Origin: Eledone cirrhosa
Taxonomy: Eukaryota
DNA: 64,000 bases
Assembly (NCBI GenBank): GCA_964016885.1
Contig: OZ024741.1
Location: 398,102,001 to 398,166,000 of the forward strand
Direction of reading: 5' to 3'
Part shown: positions 1-15,050 of the stretch, in pieces
Layout: each line of letters begins with the position of its first letter
Numbering within the stretch: position 1 is the stretch's first letter
Position numbers and translations under genes: made by a program
The notes under the pieces: model-generated
Told to the model about the DNA's origin: nothing
Databases searched by the model: none
Seen by the model: only the letters and a program-made list of their open reading frames with translations

Positions 1-3000
1 TACTTACCCTGTCACTACCTATTACATTACAGTTACTTACCCTGTCACTTCTACTCCCCTCTCACAACCTATTACTTTACAGTTACTTCCCCTGTCACAA
101 CCTATTACATTACAGTTACTTCCCCTGTCACTTCTACTCTCCTCTCACAACCTATTACTTTACAGTTACTTCCCCTGTCACAACCTATTACATTACAGTT
201 ACTTACCCTGTAACTTCTACTCTCCTCTCACAACCTATTACTTTACAGTTACTTCCCCTCTCACAACCTATTACATTACAGTTACTTCCCCTGTCACTTC
301 TACTCTCCTCTCACAACCTAATACATTACAGTTACTTACCCTGTCACAACCTATTACATTACAGTTACTTCCCCTGTCACAACCTATTACTTTACAGTTA
401 CTTCCCCTGTCACTTCTACTCTCCTCACACAACCTATTACTTTACAGTTACTTCCCCTGTCACTTCTACTCTCCTCTCACAACCTATTACTTTACAGTTA
501 CTTCCCCTGTCACTTCTACTCTCCTCTCACAACCTATTACTTTACAGTTACTTCCCCTGTCACTTTACTCTCCTCTCACAACCTATTACATTACAGTTAC
601 TTACCCTGTCAAAACCTATTACATTACAGTTACTTCCCCTGTCACTTCTACTCTCCTCTCACAACCTATTACATTACAGTTACGTACCCTGTCACAACCT
701 ATTACATTACAGTTACTTCCCCTGTCACTTCTACTCTCCTCTCACAACCTATTACTTTACAGTTACTTCCCCTGTCACTTCTACTCTCCTCTCACAACCT
801 ATTACTTTACAGTTACTTACCCTGTCACAACCTATTACATTACAGTTACTTCCCATGTCACTTCTACTCTCCTCTCACAACCTATTACATTACAGTTACT
901 TCCCCTGTCACTTCTACTCTCCTCTCACAACCTATTACATTACAGTTACTTCCCCTGTCACTTCTACTCTCCTCTCACAACCTATTACTTTACAGTTACT
1001 TACCCTGTCACAACCTATTACATTACAGTTACTTCCCCTGTCACTTCTACTCTCCTCTCACAACCTATTACATTACAGTTACTTCCCCTGTCACTTCTAC
1101 TCTCCTCTCACAACCTATTACATTACAGTTACTTCCCCTGTCACTTCTACTCTCCTCTCACAACCTATTACATTACAGTTACTTCCCCTGTCACTTCTAC
1201 TCTCCTCTCACAACCTATTACTTTACAGTTACTTACCCTGTCACAACCTATTACATTACAGTTACTTCCCCTGTCACTTCTACTCTCCTCTCACAACCTA
1301 ATACATTACAGTTACTTACCCTGTCACTTCTACTCTCCTCTCACAACCTATTACTTTACAGTTACTTCCCCTGTCACTTCTACTCTCCTCTCACAACCTA
1401 TTACATTACAGTTACTTCCCCTGTCACTTCTACTCTCCTCTCACAACCTATTACATTACAGTTACTTCCCCTGTCACTTCTACTCTCCTCTCACAACCTA
1501 TTACATTACAGTTACTTCCCCTGTCACTTCTACTCTCCTCTCACAACCTATTACTTTACAGTTACTTACCCTGTCACAACCTATTACATTACAGTTACTT
1601 CCCCTGTCACTTCTACTCTCCTCTCACAACCTAATACATTACAGTTACTTACCCTGTCACTTCTACTCTCCTCTCACAACCTATTACTTTACAGTTACTT
1701 ACCCTGTCACTTCTACTCTCCTCTCACAACCTATTACATTACAGTTACTTCCCCTGTCACTTCTACTCTCCTCTCACAACCTATTACTTTACAGTTACTT
1801 CCCCTGTCACAACCTATTACATTACAGTTACTTCCCCTGTCACTTCTACTCTCCTGTCACAACCTATTACATTACAGTTACTTACCCTGTCACTTCTACT
1901 CTCCTCTCACAACCTATTACTTTACAGTTACTTACCCTGTCACAACCTATTACATTACAGTTACTTACCCTGTCACTTCTACTCTCCTCTCACAACCTAT
2001 TACTTTACAGTTACTTCCCCTGTCACAACCTATTACATTACAGTTACTTACCCTGTCTCTTCTACTCTCCTCTCACAACCTATTACTTTACAGTTACTTC
2101 CCCTCTCACAACCTATTACATTACAGTTACTTCCGCTGTCACTTCTACTCTCCTCTCACAACCTATTACTTTACAGTTACTTTCCCTGTCACAACCTATT
2201 ACATTACAGTTACTTACCCTGTCACTTCTACTCTCCTCTCACAACCTATTACTTTACAGTTACTTCCCCTGTCACAACCTATTACATTACAGTTACTTCC
2301 CCTGTCACTTCTACTCTCCTCTCACAACCTAATACATTACAGTTACTTACCCTGTCACAACCTATTACATTACAGTTACTTCCCCTGTCACTTCTACTCT
2401 CCTCTCACAACCTAATACATTACAGTTACTTCCCCTGTCACAACCTATTACATTACAGTTACTTCCCCTGTCACTTCTACTCTCCTCTCACAACCTAATA
2501 CATTACAGTTACTTTCCCTGTCACTACCTATTACATTACAGTTACTTCCCCTGTCATTTCTACTCTCCTCTCACAACCTATTACATTACAGTTACTTCCC
2601 CTGTCACTTCTACTCTCCTCTCACAACCTAATACATTACAGTTACTTACCCTGTCACAACCTATTACTTTACAGTTACTTCCCCTGTCACTTCTACTCTC
2701 CTCTCACAACCTATTACTTTACAGTTACTTCCCCTGTCACAACCTATTACATTACAGTTACTTCCCCTGTCACTTCTACTCTCCTCTCACAACCTATTAC
2801 ATTACAGTTACTTCCCCTGTCACAACCTATTACATTACAGTTACTTCCCCTGTCACTTCTACTCTCCTCTCACAACCTAATACATTACAGTTACTTCCCC
2901 TGTCACAACCTATTACATTATAGTTACTTCCCCTGTCACTTCTACTCTCCTCTCACAACCTATTACTTTACAGTTACTTACCCTGTCACAACCTATTACA

Positions 3001-6000
3001 TTACAGTTACTTCCCCTGTCACTTCTACTCTCCTCTCACAACCTATTACATTACAGTTACTTCCCCTGTCACAACCTATTACATTACAGTTACTTCCCCT
3101 GCCACTTCTACTGTCCTCTCACAACCTATTACATTACAGTTACTTACCCTCTCACAACTTATTACTTTACAGTTACTTCCCCTGTCACTTCTACTCTCCT
3201 CTCACAACCTATTACATTACAGTTACTTCCCCTGTCACTTCTACTCTCCTCTCACAACCTATTACATTACAGTTACTTCCCCTGTCACTTCTACTCTCCT
3301 CTCACAACCTATTACATTACAGTTACTTCCCCTGTCACTTCTACTCTCCTCTCACAACCTATTACATTACAGTTACTTACCCTGTCACTTCTACTCTCCT
3401 TTCACAACCTATTACTTTACAGTTACTTCCCCTGTCACTTCTACTCTCCTCTCACAACCTATTACATTACAGTTACTTCCCCTGTCACTTCTACTCTCCT
3501 CTCACAACCTATTACATTACAGTTACTTCCCCTGTCACAACCTATTACATTACAGTTACTTCCCCTGTCACTTCTACTCTCCTCTCACAACCTATTACTT
3601 TACAGTTACTTACCCTGTCACAACCTATTACATTACAGTTACTTCCCCTGTCACTTCTACTCTCCTCTCACAACCTATTACTTTACAGTTACTTACCCTG
3701 TCACAACCTATTACATTACAGTTACTTACCCTGTCACAACCTATTACATTACAGTTACTTACCCTGTCACTTCTACTCTCCTCTCACAACCTATTACTTT
3801 ACAGTTACTTACCCTGTCACAACCTATTACTTTACAGTTACTTCCCCTGTCACTTCTACTCTCCTCTCACAACCTATTACATTACAGTTACTTACCCTGT
3901 CACAACCTATTACATTACAGTTACTTCCCCTGTCACTTCTACTCTCCTCTCACAACCTATTACATTACAGTTACTTCCCCTGTCACAACCTATTACATTA
4001 CAGTTACTTCCCCTGTCACTTCTACTCTCCTCTCACAACCTAATACATTACAGTTACTTCCCCTGTCACAACCTATTACATTATAGTTACTTCCCCTGTC
4101 ACTTCTACTCTCCTCTCACAACCTATTACTTTACAGTTACTTACCCTGTCACAACCTATTACATTACAGTTACTTCCCCTGTCACTTCTACTCTCCTCTC
4201 ACAACCTATTACATTACAGTTACTTCCCCTGTCACAACCTATTACATTACAGTTACTTCCCCTGCCACTTCTACTGTCCTCTCACAACCTATTACATTAC
4301 AGTTACTTACCCTCTCACAACTTATTACTTTACAGTTACTTCCCCTGTCACTTCTACTCTCCTCTCACAACCTATTACATTACAGTTACTTCCCCTGTCA
4401 CTTCTACTCTCCTCTCACAACCTATTACATTACAGTTACTTCCCCTGTCACTTCTACTCTCCTCTCACAACCTATTACATTACAGTTACTTCCCCTGTCA
4501 CTTCTACTCTCCTCTCACAACCTATTACATTACAGTTACTTACCCTGTCACTTCTACTCTCCTTTCACAACCTATTACTTTACAGTTACTTCCCCTGTCA
4601 CTTCTACTCTCCTCTCACAACCTATTACATTACAGTTACTTCCCCTGTCACTTCTACTCTCCTCTCACAACCTATTACATTACAGTTACTTCCCCTGTCA
4701 CAACCTATTACATTACAGTTACTTCCCCTGTCACTTCTACTCTCCTCTCACAACCTATTACTTTACAGTTACTTACCCTGTCACAACCTATTACATTACA
4801 GTTACTTCCCCTGTCACTTCTACTCTCCTCTCACAACCTATTACTTTACAGTTACTTACCCTGTCACAACCTATTACATTACAGTTACTTACCCTGTCAC
4901 AACCTATTACATTACAGTTACTTACCCTGTCACTTCTACTCTCCTCTCACAACCTATTACTTTACAGTTACTTACCCTGTCACAACCTATTACTTTACAG
5001 TTACTTCCCCTGTCACTTCTACTCTCCTCTCACAACCTATTACATTACAGTTACTTACCCTGTCACAACCTATTACATTACAGTTACTTACCCTGTCACT
5101 TCTACTCTCCTCTCACAACCTATTACTTTACAGTTACTTACCCTGTCACTTCTACTCTCCTCTCACAACCTATTACTTTACAGTTACTTCCCCTGTCACT
5201 TCTACTCTCCTCTCACAACCTATTACATTACAGTTACTTCCCCTGTCACTTCTACTCTCCTCTCACAACCTATTACATTACAGTTACTTCCCCTGTCAAT
5301 TCTACTCTCCTCTCACAACCTATTACTTTACAGTTACTTCCCCTGTCACTTCTACTCTCCTCTCACAACCTATTACATTACTGTTACTTCCCCTGTCACT
5401 TCTACTCTCCTCTCACAACCTATTACTTTACAGTTACTTCCCCTGTCACTTCTACTCTCCTCTCACAACCTATTACTTTACAGTTACTTCCCCTGTCACT
5501 TCTACTCTCCTCTCACAACCTATTACTTTACAGTTACTTACCCTGTCACTTCTACTCTCCTCTCACAACCTATTACTTTACAGTTACTTACCCTCTCACA
5601 ACCTATTACTTTACAGTTACTTCCCCTGTCACTTCTACTCTCCTCTCACAACCTATTACTTTACAGTTACTTACCCTGTCACTTCTACTCTCCTCTCACA
5701 ACCTAATACATTACAGTTACTTCCCCTGTCACTTCTACTCTCCTCTCACAACCTATTACATTACAGTTACTTCCCCTATCACCACCTATTACTTTACAGT
5801 TACTTCCCCTGTCACTTCTACTCTCCTCTCACAACCTATTACATTACAGTTACTTCCCCTGTCACAACCTATTACTTTACAGTTACTTACCCTGTCACTT
5901 CTACTCTCCTCTCACAACCTATTACTTTACAGTTACTTACCCTCTCACAACCTATTACTTTACAGTTACTTCCCCTGTCACTTCTACTCTCCTCTCACAA

Positions 6001-9000
6001 CCTATTACTTTACAGTTACTTACCCTGTCACTTCTACTCTCCTCTCACAACCTAATACATTACAGTTACTTCCCCTGTCACTTCTACTCTCCTCTCACAA
6101 CCTATTACATTACAGTTACTTCCCCTGTCACAACCTATTACTTTACAGTTACTTCCCCTGTCACTTCTACTCTCCTCTCACAACCTATTACTTTACACTT
6201 ACTTCCCCTGTCACTTCTACTCTCCTCTCACAACCTATTACATTACAGTTACTTCCCCTGTCACAACCTATTACTTTACAGTTACTTCCCCTGTCACTTC
6301 TACTCTCCTCTCACAACCTATTACTTTACAGTTACTTCCCCTGTCACTTCTACTCTCCTCTCACAACCTATTACATTACAGTTACTTCCCCTGTCACAAC
6401 CTATTACTTTACAGTTACTTCCCCTGTCACTTCTACTCTCCTCTCACAACCTATTACTTTACAGTTACTTCCCCTGTCACTTCTACTCTCCTCTCACAAC
6501 CTATTACTTTACAGTTACTTCCCCTGTCACTTTACTCTCCTCTCACAACCTATTACATTACAGTTACTTACCCTGTCAAAACCTATTACATTACAGTTAC
6601 TTCCCCTGTCACTTCTACTCTCCTCTCACAACCTATTACTTTACAGTTACTTCCCCTGTCACTTCTACTCTCCTCTCACAACCTATTACATTACAGTTAC
6701 TTCCCCTGTCACAACCTATTACTTTACAGTTACTTCCCCTGTCACTTCTACTCTCCTCTCACAACCTATTACTTTACACTTACTTCCCCTGTCACTTCTA
6801 CTCTCCTCTCACAACCTATTACATTACAGTTACTTCCCCTGTCACAACCTATTACTTTGCAGTTACTTCCCCTGTCACTTCTACTCTCCTCTCACAACCT
6901 ATTACTTTACAGTTACTTCCCCTGTCACTTCTACTCTCCTCTCACAACCTATTACATTACAGTTACTTCCCCTGTCACAACCTATTACTTTACAGTTACT
7001 TCCCCTGTCACTTCTACTCTCCTCTCACAACCTATTACTTTACAGTTACTTCCCCTGTCACTTCTACTCTCCTCTCACAACCTATTACTTTACAGTTACT
7101 TCCCCTGTCACTTTACTCTCCTCTCACAACCTATTACATTACAGTTACTTACCCTGTGAAAACCTATTACATTATAGTTACTTCCCCTGTCACTTCTACT
7201 CTCCTCTCACAACCTATTACTGTACAGTTACTTCCCCTGTCACTTCTACTCTCCTCTCACAACCTATTACATTACAGTTACTTCCCCTGTCACTTCTACT
7301 CTCCTCTCACAACCTATTACTTTACAGTTACTTACCCTGTCACAACCTATTACATTACAGTTACTTCCCCTGTCACTTCTACTCTCCTCTCACAACCTAT
7401 TACATTACAGTTACTTCCCCTGTCACTTCTACTCTCCTCTCACAACCTATTACATTACAGTTACTTCCCCTGTCACTTCTACTCTCCTCTCACAACCTAT
7501 TACATTACAGTTACTTCCCCTGTCACTTCTACTCTCCTCTCACAACCTATTACTTTACAGTTACTTACCCTGTCACAACCTATTACATTACAGTTACTTC
7601 CCCTGTCACTTCTACTCTCCTCTCACAACCTAATACATTACAGTTACTTACCCTGTCACTTCTACTCTCCTCTCACAACCCAATACATTACAGTTACTTA
7701 CCCTGTCACTTCTACTCTCCTCTCACAACCTATTACTTTACAGTTACTTACCCTGTCACTTCTACTCTCCTCTCACAACCTATTACTTTACAGTTACTTA
7801 CCCTGTCACTTCTACTCTCCTCTCACAACCTATTACTTTACAGTTACTTCCCCTGTCACTTCTACTCTCCTCTCACAACCTATTACATTACAGTTACTTC
7901 CCCTGTCACTTCTACTCTCCTCTCACAACCTATTACTTTACAGTTACTTCCCCCGTCACAACCTATTACATTACAGTTACTTCCCCTGTCACTTCTACTC
8001 TCCTGTCACAACCTATTACATTACAGTTACTTACCCTGTCACTTCTACTTTCCTCTCACAACCTATTACTTTACAGTTACTTACCCTGTCACAACCTATT
8101 ACATTACAGTTACTTACCCTGTCACTTCTACTCCCCTCTCACAACCTATTACTTTACAGTTACTTCCCCTGTCACAACCTATTACATTACAGTTACTTCC
8201 CCTGTCACTTCTACTCTCCTCTCACAACCTATTACTTTACAGTTACTTCCCCTGTCACAACCTATTACATTACAGTTACTTCCCCTGTCACTTCTACTCT
8301 CCTCTCACAACCTATTACTTTACAGTTACTTACCCTGTCACAACCTATTACATTACAGTTACTTCCCCTGTCACTTCTACTCTCCTCTCACAACCTAATA
8401 CATTACAGTTACTTCCCCTGTCACAACCTATTACATTACAGTTACTTCCCCTGTCACAACCTATTACTTTACAGTTACTTCCCCTGTCACTTCTACTCTC
8501 CTCTCACAACCTATTACTTTACAGTTACTTCCCCTGTCACTTCTACTCTCCTCTCACAACCTATTACTTTACAGTTACTTCCCCTGTCACTTTACTCTCC
8601 TCTCACAACCTATTACATTACAGTTACTTACCCTGTCAAAACCTATTACATTACAGTTACTTCCCCTGTCACTTCTACTCTCCTCTCACAACCTATTACA
8701 TTACAGTTACGTACCCTGTCACAACCTATTACATTACAGTTACTTCCCCTGTCACTTCTACTCTCCTCTCACAACCTATTACTTTACAGTTACTTCCCCT
8801 GTCACTTCTACTCTCCTCTCACAACCTATTACTTTACAGTTACTTACCCTTTCACAACCTATTACATTACAGTTACTTCCCATGTCACTTCTACTCTCCT
8901 CTCACAACCTATTACATTACAGTTACTTCCCCTGTCACTTCTACTCTCCTCTCACAACCTATTACATTACAGTTACTTCCCCTGTCACTTCTACTCTCCT

Positions 9001-12000
9001 CTCACAACCTATTACTTTACAGTTACTTACCCTGTCACAACCTATTACATTACAGTTACTTCCCCTGTCACTTCTACTCTCCTCTCACAACCTATTACAT
9101 TACAGTTACTTCCCCTGTCACTTCTACTCTCCTCTCACAACCTATTACATTACAGTTACTTCCCCTGTCACTTCTACTCTCCTCTCACAACCTATTACAT
9201 TACAGTTACTTCCCCTGTCACTTCTACTCTCCTCTCACAACCTATTACTTTACAGTTACTTACCCTGTCACAACCTAGTACATTACAGTTACTTCCCCTG
9301 TCACTTCTACTCTCCTCTCACAACCTAATACATTACAGTTACTTACCCTGTCACTTCTACTCTCCTCTCACAACCTATTACTTTACAGTTACTTCCCCTG
9401 TCACTTCTACTCTCCTCTCACAACCTATTACATTACAGTTACTTCCCCTGTCACTTCTACTCTCCTCTCACAACCTATTACATTACAGTTACTTCCCCTG
9501 TCACTTCTACTCTCCTCTCACAACCTATTACATTACAGTTACTTCCCCTGTCACTTCTACTCTCCTCTCACAACCTATTACTTTACAGTTACTTACCCTG
9601 TCACAACCTATTACATTACAGTTACTTCCCCTGTCACTTCTACTCTCCTCTCACAACCTAATACATTACAGTTACTTACCCTGTCACTTCTACTCTCCTC
9701 TCACAACCTATTACTTTACAGTTACTTACCCTGTCACTTCTACTCTCCTCTCACAACCTATTACATTACAGTTACTTCCCCTGTCACTTCTACTCTCCTC
9801 TCACAACCTATTACTTTACAGTTACTTCCCCTGTCACAACCTATTACATTACAGTTACTTCCCCTGTCACTTCTACTCTCCTGTCACAACCTATTACATT
9901 ACAGTTACTTACCCTGTCACTTCTACTCTCCTCTCACAACCTATTACTTTACAGTTACTTACCCTGTCACAACCTATTACATTACAGTTACTTACCCTGT
10001 CACTTCTACTCTCCTCTCACAACCTATTACTTTACAGTTACTTCCCCTGTCACAACCTATTACATTACAGTTACTTACCCTGTCACTTCTACTCTCCTCT
10101 CACAACCTATTACTTTACAGTTACTTCCCCTCTCACAACCTATTACATTACAGTTACTTCCCCTGTCACTTCTACTCTCCTCTCACAACCTATTACTTTA
10201 CAGTTACTTTCCCTGTCACAACCTATTACATTACAGTTACTTACCCTGTCACTTCTACTCTCCTCTCACAACCTATTACTTTACAGTTACTTCCCCTGTC
10301 ACAACCTATTACATTACAGTTACTTCCCCTGTCACTTCTACTCTCCTCTCACAACCTATTACTTTACAGTTACTTCCCCTGTCACAACCTATTACATTAC
10401 AGTTACTTACCCTGTCACTTCTACTCTCCTCTCACAACCTATTACTTTACAGTTACTTCCCCTCTCACAACCTATTACATTACAGTTACTTCCCCTGTCA
10501 CTTCTACTCTCCTCTCACAACCTATTACTTTACAGTTACTTTCCCTGTCACAACCTATTACATTACAGTTACTTACCCTGTCACTTCTACTCTCCTCTCA
10601 CAACCTATTACTTTACAGTTACTTCCCCTGTTACAACCTATTACATTACAGTTACTTCCCCTGTCACTTCTACTCTCCTCTCACAACCTAATACATTACA
10701 GTTACTTACCCTGTCACAACCTATTACATTACAGTTACTTCCCCTGTCACTTCTACTCTCCTCTCACAACCTAATACATTACAGTTACTTCCCCTGTCAC
10801 AACCTATTACATTACAGTTACTTCCCCTGTCACTTCTACTCTCCTCTCACAACCTAATACATTACAGTTACTTTCCCTGTCACTACCTATTACATTACAG
10901 TTACTTCCCCTGTCACTTCTACTCTCCTCTCACAACCTAATACATTACAGTTACTTCCCCTTTCACTTCTACTCTCCTCTCACAACCTAATACATTACAG
11001 TTACTTACCCTGTCACAACCTATTACATTACAGTTACTTCCCCTGTCACTTCTACTCTCCTCTCACAACCTAATACATTACAGTTACTTACCCTGTCACA
11101 ACCTATTACTTTACAGTTACTTCCCCTGTCACTTCTACTCTCCTCTCACAACCTATTACTTTACAGTTACTTACCCTGTCACAACCTATTACATTACAGT
11201 TACTTACCCTGTCACTTCTACTCTCCTCTCACAACCTATTACTTTACAGTTACTTCCCCTGTCACAACCTATTACATTACAGTTACTTACCCTGTCACAA
11301 CCTATTACATTACAGTTACTTCCCCTGTCACTTCTACTCTCCTCTCACAACCTAATACATTACAGTTACTTCCCCTGTCACAACCTATTACATTACAGTT
11401 ACTTCCCCTGTCACTTCTACTCCCCTCTCACAACCTATTACTTTACAGTTACTTACCCTGTCACAACCTATTACATTACAGTTACTTCCCCTGTCACTTC
11501 TACTCTCCTCTCACAACCTATTACTTTACAGTTACTTACCCTGTCACAACCTATTACATTACAGTTACTTCCCCTGTCACTTCTACTCTCCTCTCGCAAC
11601 CTAATACATTACAGTTACTTCCCCTGTCACAACCTATTACATTACAGTTACTTCCCCTGTCACTTCTACTCTCCTCTCACAACCTATTACATTACAGTTA
11701 CTTCCCCTGTCACTTTTACTCTCCTCTCACAACCTATTACTTTACAGTTACTTCCCCTGTCACAACCTATTACATTACAGTTACTTCCCCTGTCACTTTT
11801 ACTCTCCTCTCACAACCTATTACTTTACAGTTACTTCCCCTGTCACAACCTATTACATTACAGTTACTTCCCCTGTCACTTTTACTCTCCTCTCACAACC
11901 TATTACTTTACAGTTACTTCCCCTGTCACAACCTATTACATTACAGTTACTTCCCCTGTCACTCTTACTCTCCTCTCACAACCTATTACTTTACAGTTAC

Positions 12001-12256
12001 TTCCCCTGTCACAACCTATTACATTACAGTTACTTCCCCTGTCACTTTTACTCTCCTCTCACAACCTATTACTTTACAGTTACTTCCCCTGTCACAACCT
12101 ATTACATTACAGTTACTTCCCCTGTCACTTTTACTCTCCTCTCACAACCTATTACTTTACAGTTACTTCCCCTGTCACAACCTATTACATTACAGTTACT
12201 TCCCTTGTCACTTCTACTCTCCTCTCACAACCTATTACTTTACAGTTACTTCCCCT
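1..12256. repeat. Tandem satellite of interspersed 50-bp and 33-bp units, running off the left edge
   Basis: Long unit CCCCTGTCACTTCTACTCTCCTCTCACAACCTATTACATTACAGTTACTT (50 bp); short unit lacks TTCTACTCTCCTCTCAC (33 bp). Very low divergence; abrupt end near 12256. Confidence 0.98.
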
Positions 12257-12464
12257 TGGCATGTGTGTTGGACTTACAATCATATTGTGGGTTTGATTCC
12301 TATGCCGAGTTGTGTGTTGTTTTCTTCAGCAAAACACTTCATTTCATGTTGGTTCAGTATACTCAGACTTGAACCCGGTGATGCTCCTGGGTCAAGACAG
12401 GCTTTAGACAATTTATTTTGTTGACATGAGTGTCTTCCTGTTTGAAGAACAAATCAGCTTCATA

Positions 12465-12680
12465 TTAACCCTTTAGCAATTACATTACTCTATATATACT
12501 ATTATATTTTCACAATAACGGCTTTATCTCACATAATATCGAATCTATGAGATTTTGATATTATTTATTTTAAGAACAATACATTAACATCAGTATGAGT
12601 GGCTAGTTATAGTCGGTTTGAACAGAAAGAGGGGGCAGAATTCTGGCCGGATACAGCCGGTTTAAATGCTAAAGGGTTAA
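12465..12680. mobile_element. piggyBac-type MITE (family A)
   Basis: TTAA|CCCTTTAGCA...TGCTAAAGGG|TTAA terminal inverted repeats with TTAA duplication; same family at 29863, 41337 and 57796 in the opposite orientation. Confidence 0.85.
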
Positions 12681-13225
12681 AACTCTTCTTCTTCACCCAC
12701 TCATTCCTGAGCGGGTCGTGTGGGAAGAGTCCTCAAACACTCCTTCCAGCGGGTCCTGTCATAAGCAACTGTCTCCAACTGATCTGGCTGGATCCCCTAG
12801 CGAGACCATCCAATCTCATGGATGTTATGCAACCATCTTGCTCGGGGTCTACCCCTTGATTTCCTGCCTGTTGGTTTTGCTATCAATTCTTTCCTTAGAC
12901 ATTCTAACCACAAGCCTGTAGGAGAAGTAGCAGCTCTACCTGGAGTGACTTTCTGATCTCTGAGCTACGCACTCTATGAAGTAATGTTACTTGAAAGCCT
13001 CTTCGGGGGAACCCCATTTCGGCCTCTTGTATTTGCGAGTGTATTCTTTCAGTCATTACCCAAGAATCATAACCATACATAAGTGTTTGCACATACTTCT
13101 TGTTAATCTTATGTAGTTGTTACATGACAATAAACCTTACAAAACAATTTTTAAAAAAAAGTGATGTTACAAACAGATTACAAATTTCAACAACACAAAT
13201 TAAAATTAATACAGTTTCTGATAAT

Positions 13226-13414
13226 AATTGTTTCTACTTTAGGCACAAGGCCAGCAATTACCCAGTGCATTACTGGTACTTTATTTTATCGACCCCATAA
13301 GGATGAAAGGCAAAGTCAACCTCGGCGGGATTTGAACTCAGATCGTAAAGGGACGTAACTATGCTGGAAAGCATGGCGTCCGACCCTCTACCGATACTGC
13401 CAATCCACTGCCCT
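13226..13414 (-). mobile_element. tRNA-derived SINE with Meta-like central domain
   Basis: Minus strand reads box A-like TGGCAGTATCGG, box B GAGTTCAAATCC, then GCCTTTCATCCTTATGGGGTCGATAAAATAAAGTACCAG resembling the MetaSINE domain. Further copies near 24220, 25336, 25636, 35862, 62333, 63197. Confidence 0.75.
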
Positions 13415-13577
13415 TCTGATAATAATGAAATTATTAAAATTTGAATATTTCTGTATTTGTAAATATTGAAAATTGAATAGAACAGTTAAATAATGTTTTT
13501 GATAATTATCTGATTCAGATTATTATAAGTTACATTAATTAATTTATAAAAAAAAAAGGAGACATAGGATAATGTAT

Positions 13578-13886
13578 AAAGGTCAGCCGAAGGCTTCATA
13601 GGCTGTCTATGAAGGAGTGATGCTAGAGCTGTGAAATCTCGCATAGATTAATTTCAACTCTTCTTATTAATTACTGCATTGTTTCTTTCCAGGGACTGTT
13701 TAAAAATAAACGTCATTTGGTCATTCCATGAGAGTATCTTGGTCAGCCTCTGAAGGAGTGATGCTAGAGCTATGAAATCTTGCATGCATTAATTTTGCTT
13801 CTTATTAATAACTGCATTGTTTCTTTCTAGAGACTATGTTGAAAAATAAACCTCATTTGGTTATTCCATGAGAGTATCTTGGCCAG
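13578..13886. mobile_element. Mariner-like non-autonomous element with an internal ~135-bp duplication
   Basis: End resembles ...TTCATAGGCTG, also at 36230-36290; block GAAGGAGTGATGCTAGAGCT...TTCCATGAGAGTATCTTGG occurs twice (about 13611-13748 and 13752-13886). Confidence 0.5.
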
Positions 13887-14049
13887 CATAGTATAATGTT
13901 TTTAATGTATAAAGAAAATTAATTGTTACAGGAATGCTATCACTTAAAATAAAATTTAATAAGTGGGCGGCTGGAAAAATTAATAAGTAGGGAGGGGGGA
14001 GGGGATTATTCAGGACCCAAGAGTATATATATAAATGGAAGAGAACGAG

Positions 14050-14522
14050 AGCACATTGTGTCCTTGAGCAAGACACTCTATTTCCCATTGTGACCTTGAA
14101 CAAGACACTTTATTTCACATTGTCCTTGATCAAGACACATTAATTCATATTGTGTTCTTGAACAAGATACTTTATTTCACATTGGGACCTTGAACAAGAC
14201 ACTTTATTTCATTGTCCTTGAGCAAGACACTTTATTTCACATTGTGTCCTTGAACAAGATACTTTAATTCACATTGTGTCCTTGAGCAAGACACTTTATT
14301 TCACATTGTGTTCTTGAACAAGATACTTTAATTCACATTGTCCTTGAGCAAGACACTTTATTTCACATTGTGTTCTTGAACAAGATACTTTAATTCACAT
14401 TGTCCTTGAGCAAGACACTTTATTTCACATTGTGCCCTTGAACAAGATACTTTAATTCACATGGTGACCTTGAGCAAGACACTTTATTTCACATTGTGTT
14501 CTTGAGGAAGACACTATTTCAT
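14050..14522 (+). repeat. Minisatellite (~31-33 bp, about 15 copies) built from the CORE-SINE domain
   Basis: Unit CATTGTGTCCTTGAGCAAGACACTTTATTTCA matches the CORE segment of the SINEs at 43663 and 42943. Confidence 0.9.
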
Positions 14523-14865
14523 GTTTAATTTCCCTCTAAATTTGTGATCTTTTTGTTTTCTTCTTCATTCACTTATTCCTGGGAGAATCCTAGGAGCAGC
14601 ACTCTCAAACACTTCTTTCAGTGGGTCCTGTCACAGAAGCAACTATCTCCAATTGACTCAGATGGATCCCCAGAGAAGCAGCATCAAATGATATTTTTGA
14701 AAATTTTTTGATTCTTGCTGTCATCCCTGGAATATCCTATCTCTATATGTGTATGTCCTATATATGTATATTGTACGTGTGTATTCATTGCTTTAACAGC
14801 AGTATCAACAAGCAGCCTCATTCACAAACGCACTAGCTCCCCACTTCACATGTATTTTTTCACAT

Positions 14866-15050
14866 GATGGACTGGTGTCTTGTTCAGGGGATAAACACTG
14901 GCCTGATGAGCCTCCAGGCTTCAGACAGACTTTAACCCTGTGATGGACTAGTGTCCTGTCCAGGGGAAGTCTTGTACTCTCAGTTGCTTAATCCACAGAA
15001 ACCAGGATAAGCACTGGCCTGATGAGCCTCCAGGCTTCAGACAGACTTTA
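14866..15050 (+). mobile_element. Two tandem V-domain-like SINE 3' fragments
   Basis: TGATGGACT(A/G)GTGTC..GT.CAGGGG...CACTGGCCTGATGAGCCTCCAGGCTTCAGACAGACTTTA occurs twice; resembles the V-SINE domain/tail from memory. Confidence 0.5.

Noticed and set aside
7156-10857. 1233-aa ORF and other ORFs in 855-10857
   Set aside because: Translation of the 50/33-bp satellite, whose + strand consensus has no stop in any frame; non-ATG start, no gene context.
1-12256. CRISPR-like appearance of the arrays here and at 36990-38150
   Set aside because: No unique spacers, no cas genes, eukaryotic context.
14900-15045. CTGATGA followed by hairpin GCC-TCCA-GGC as hammerhead
   Set aside because: No GAAA or cleavage triplet after the stem; part of a SINE tail.
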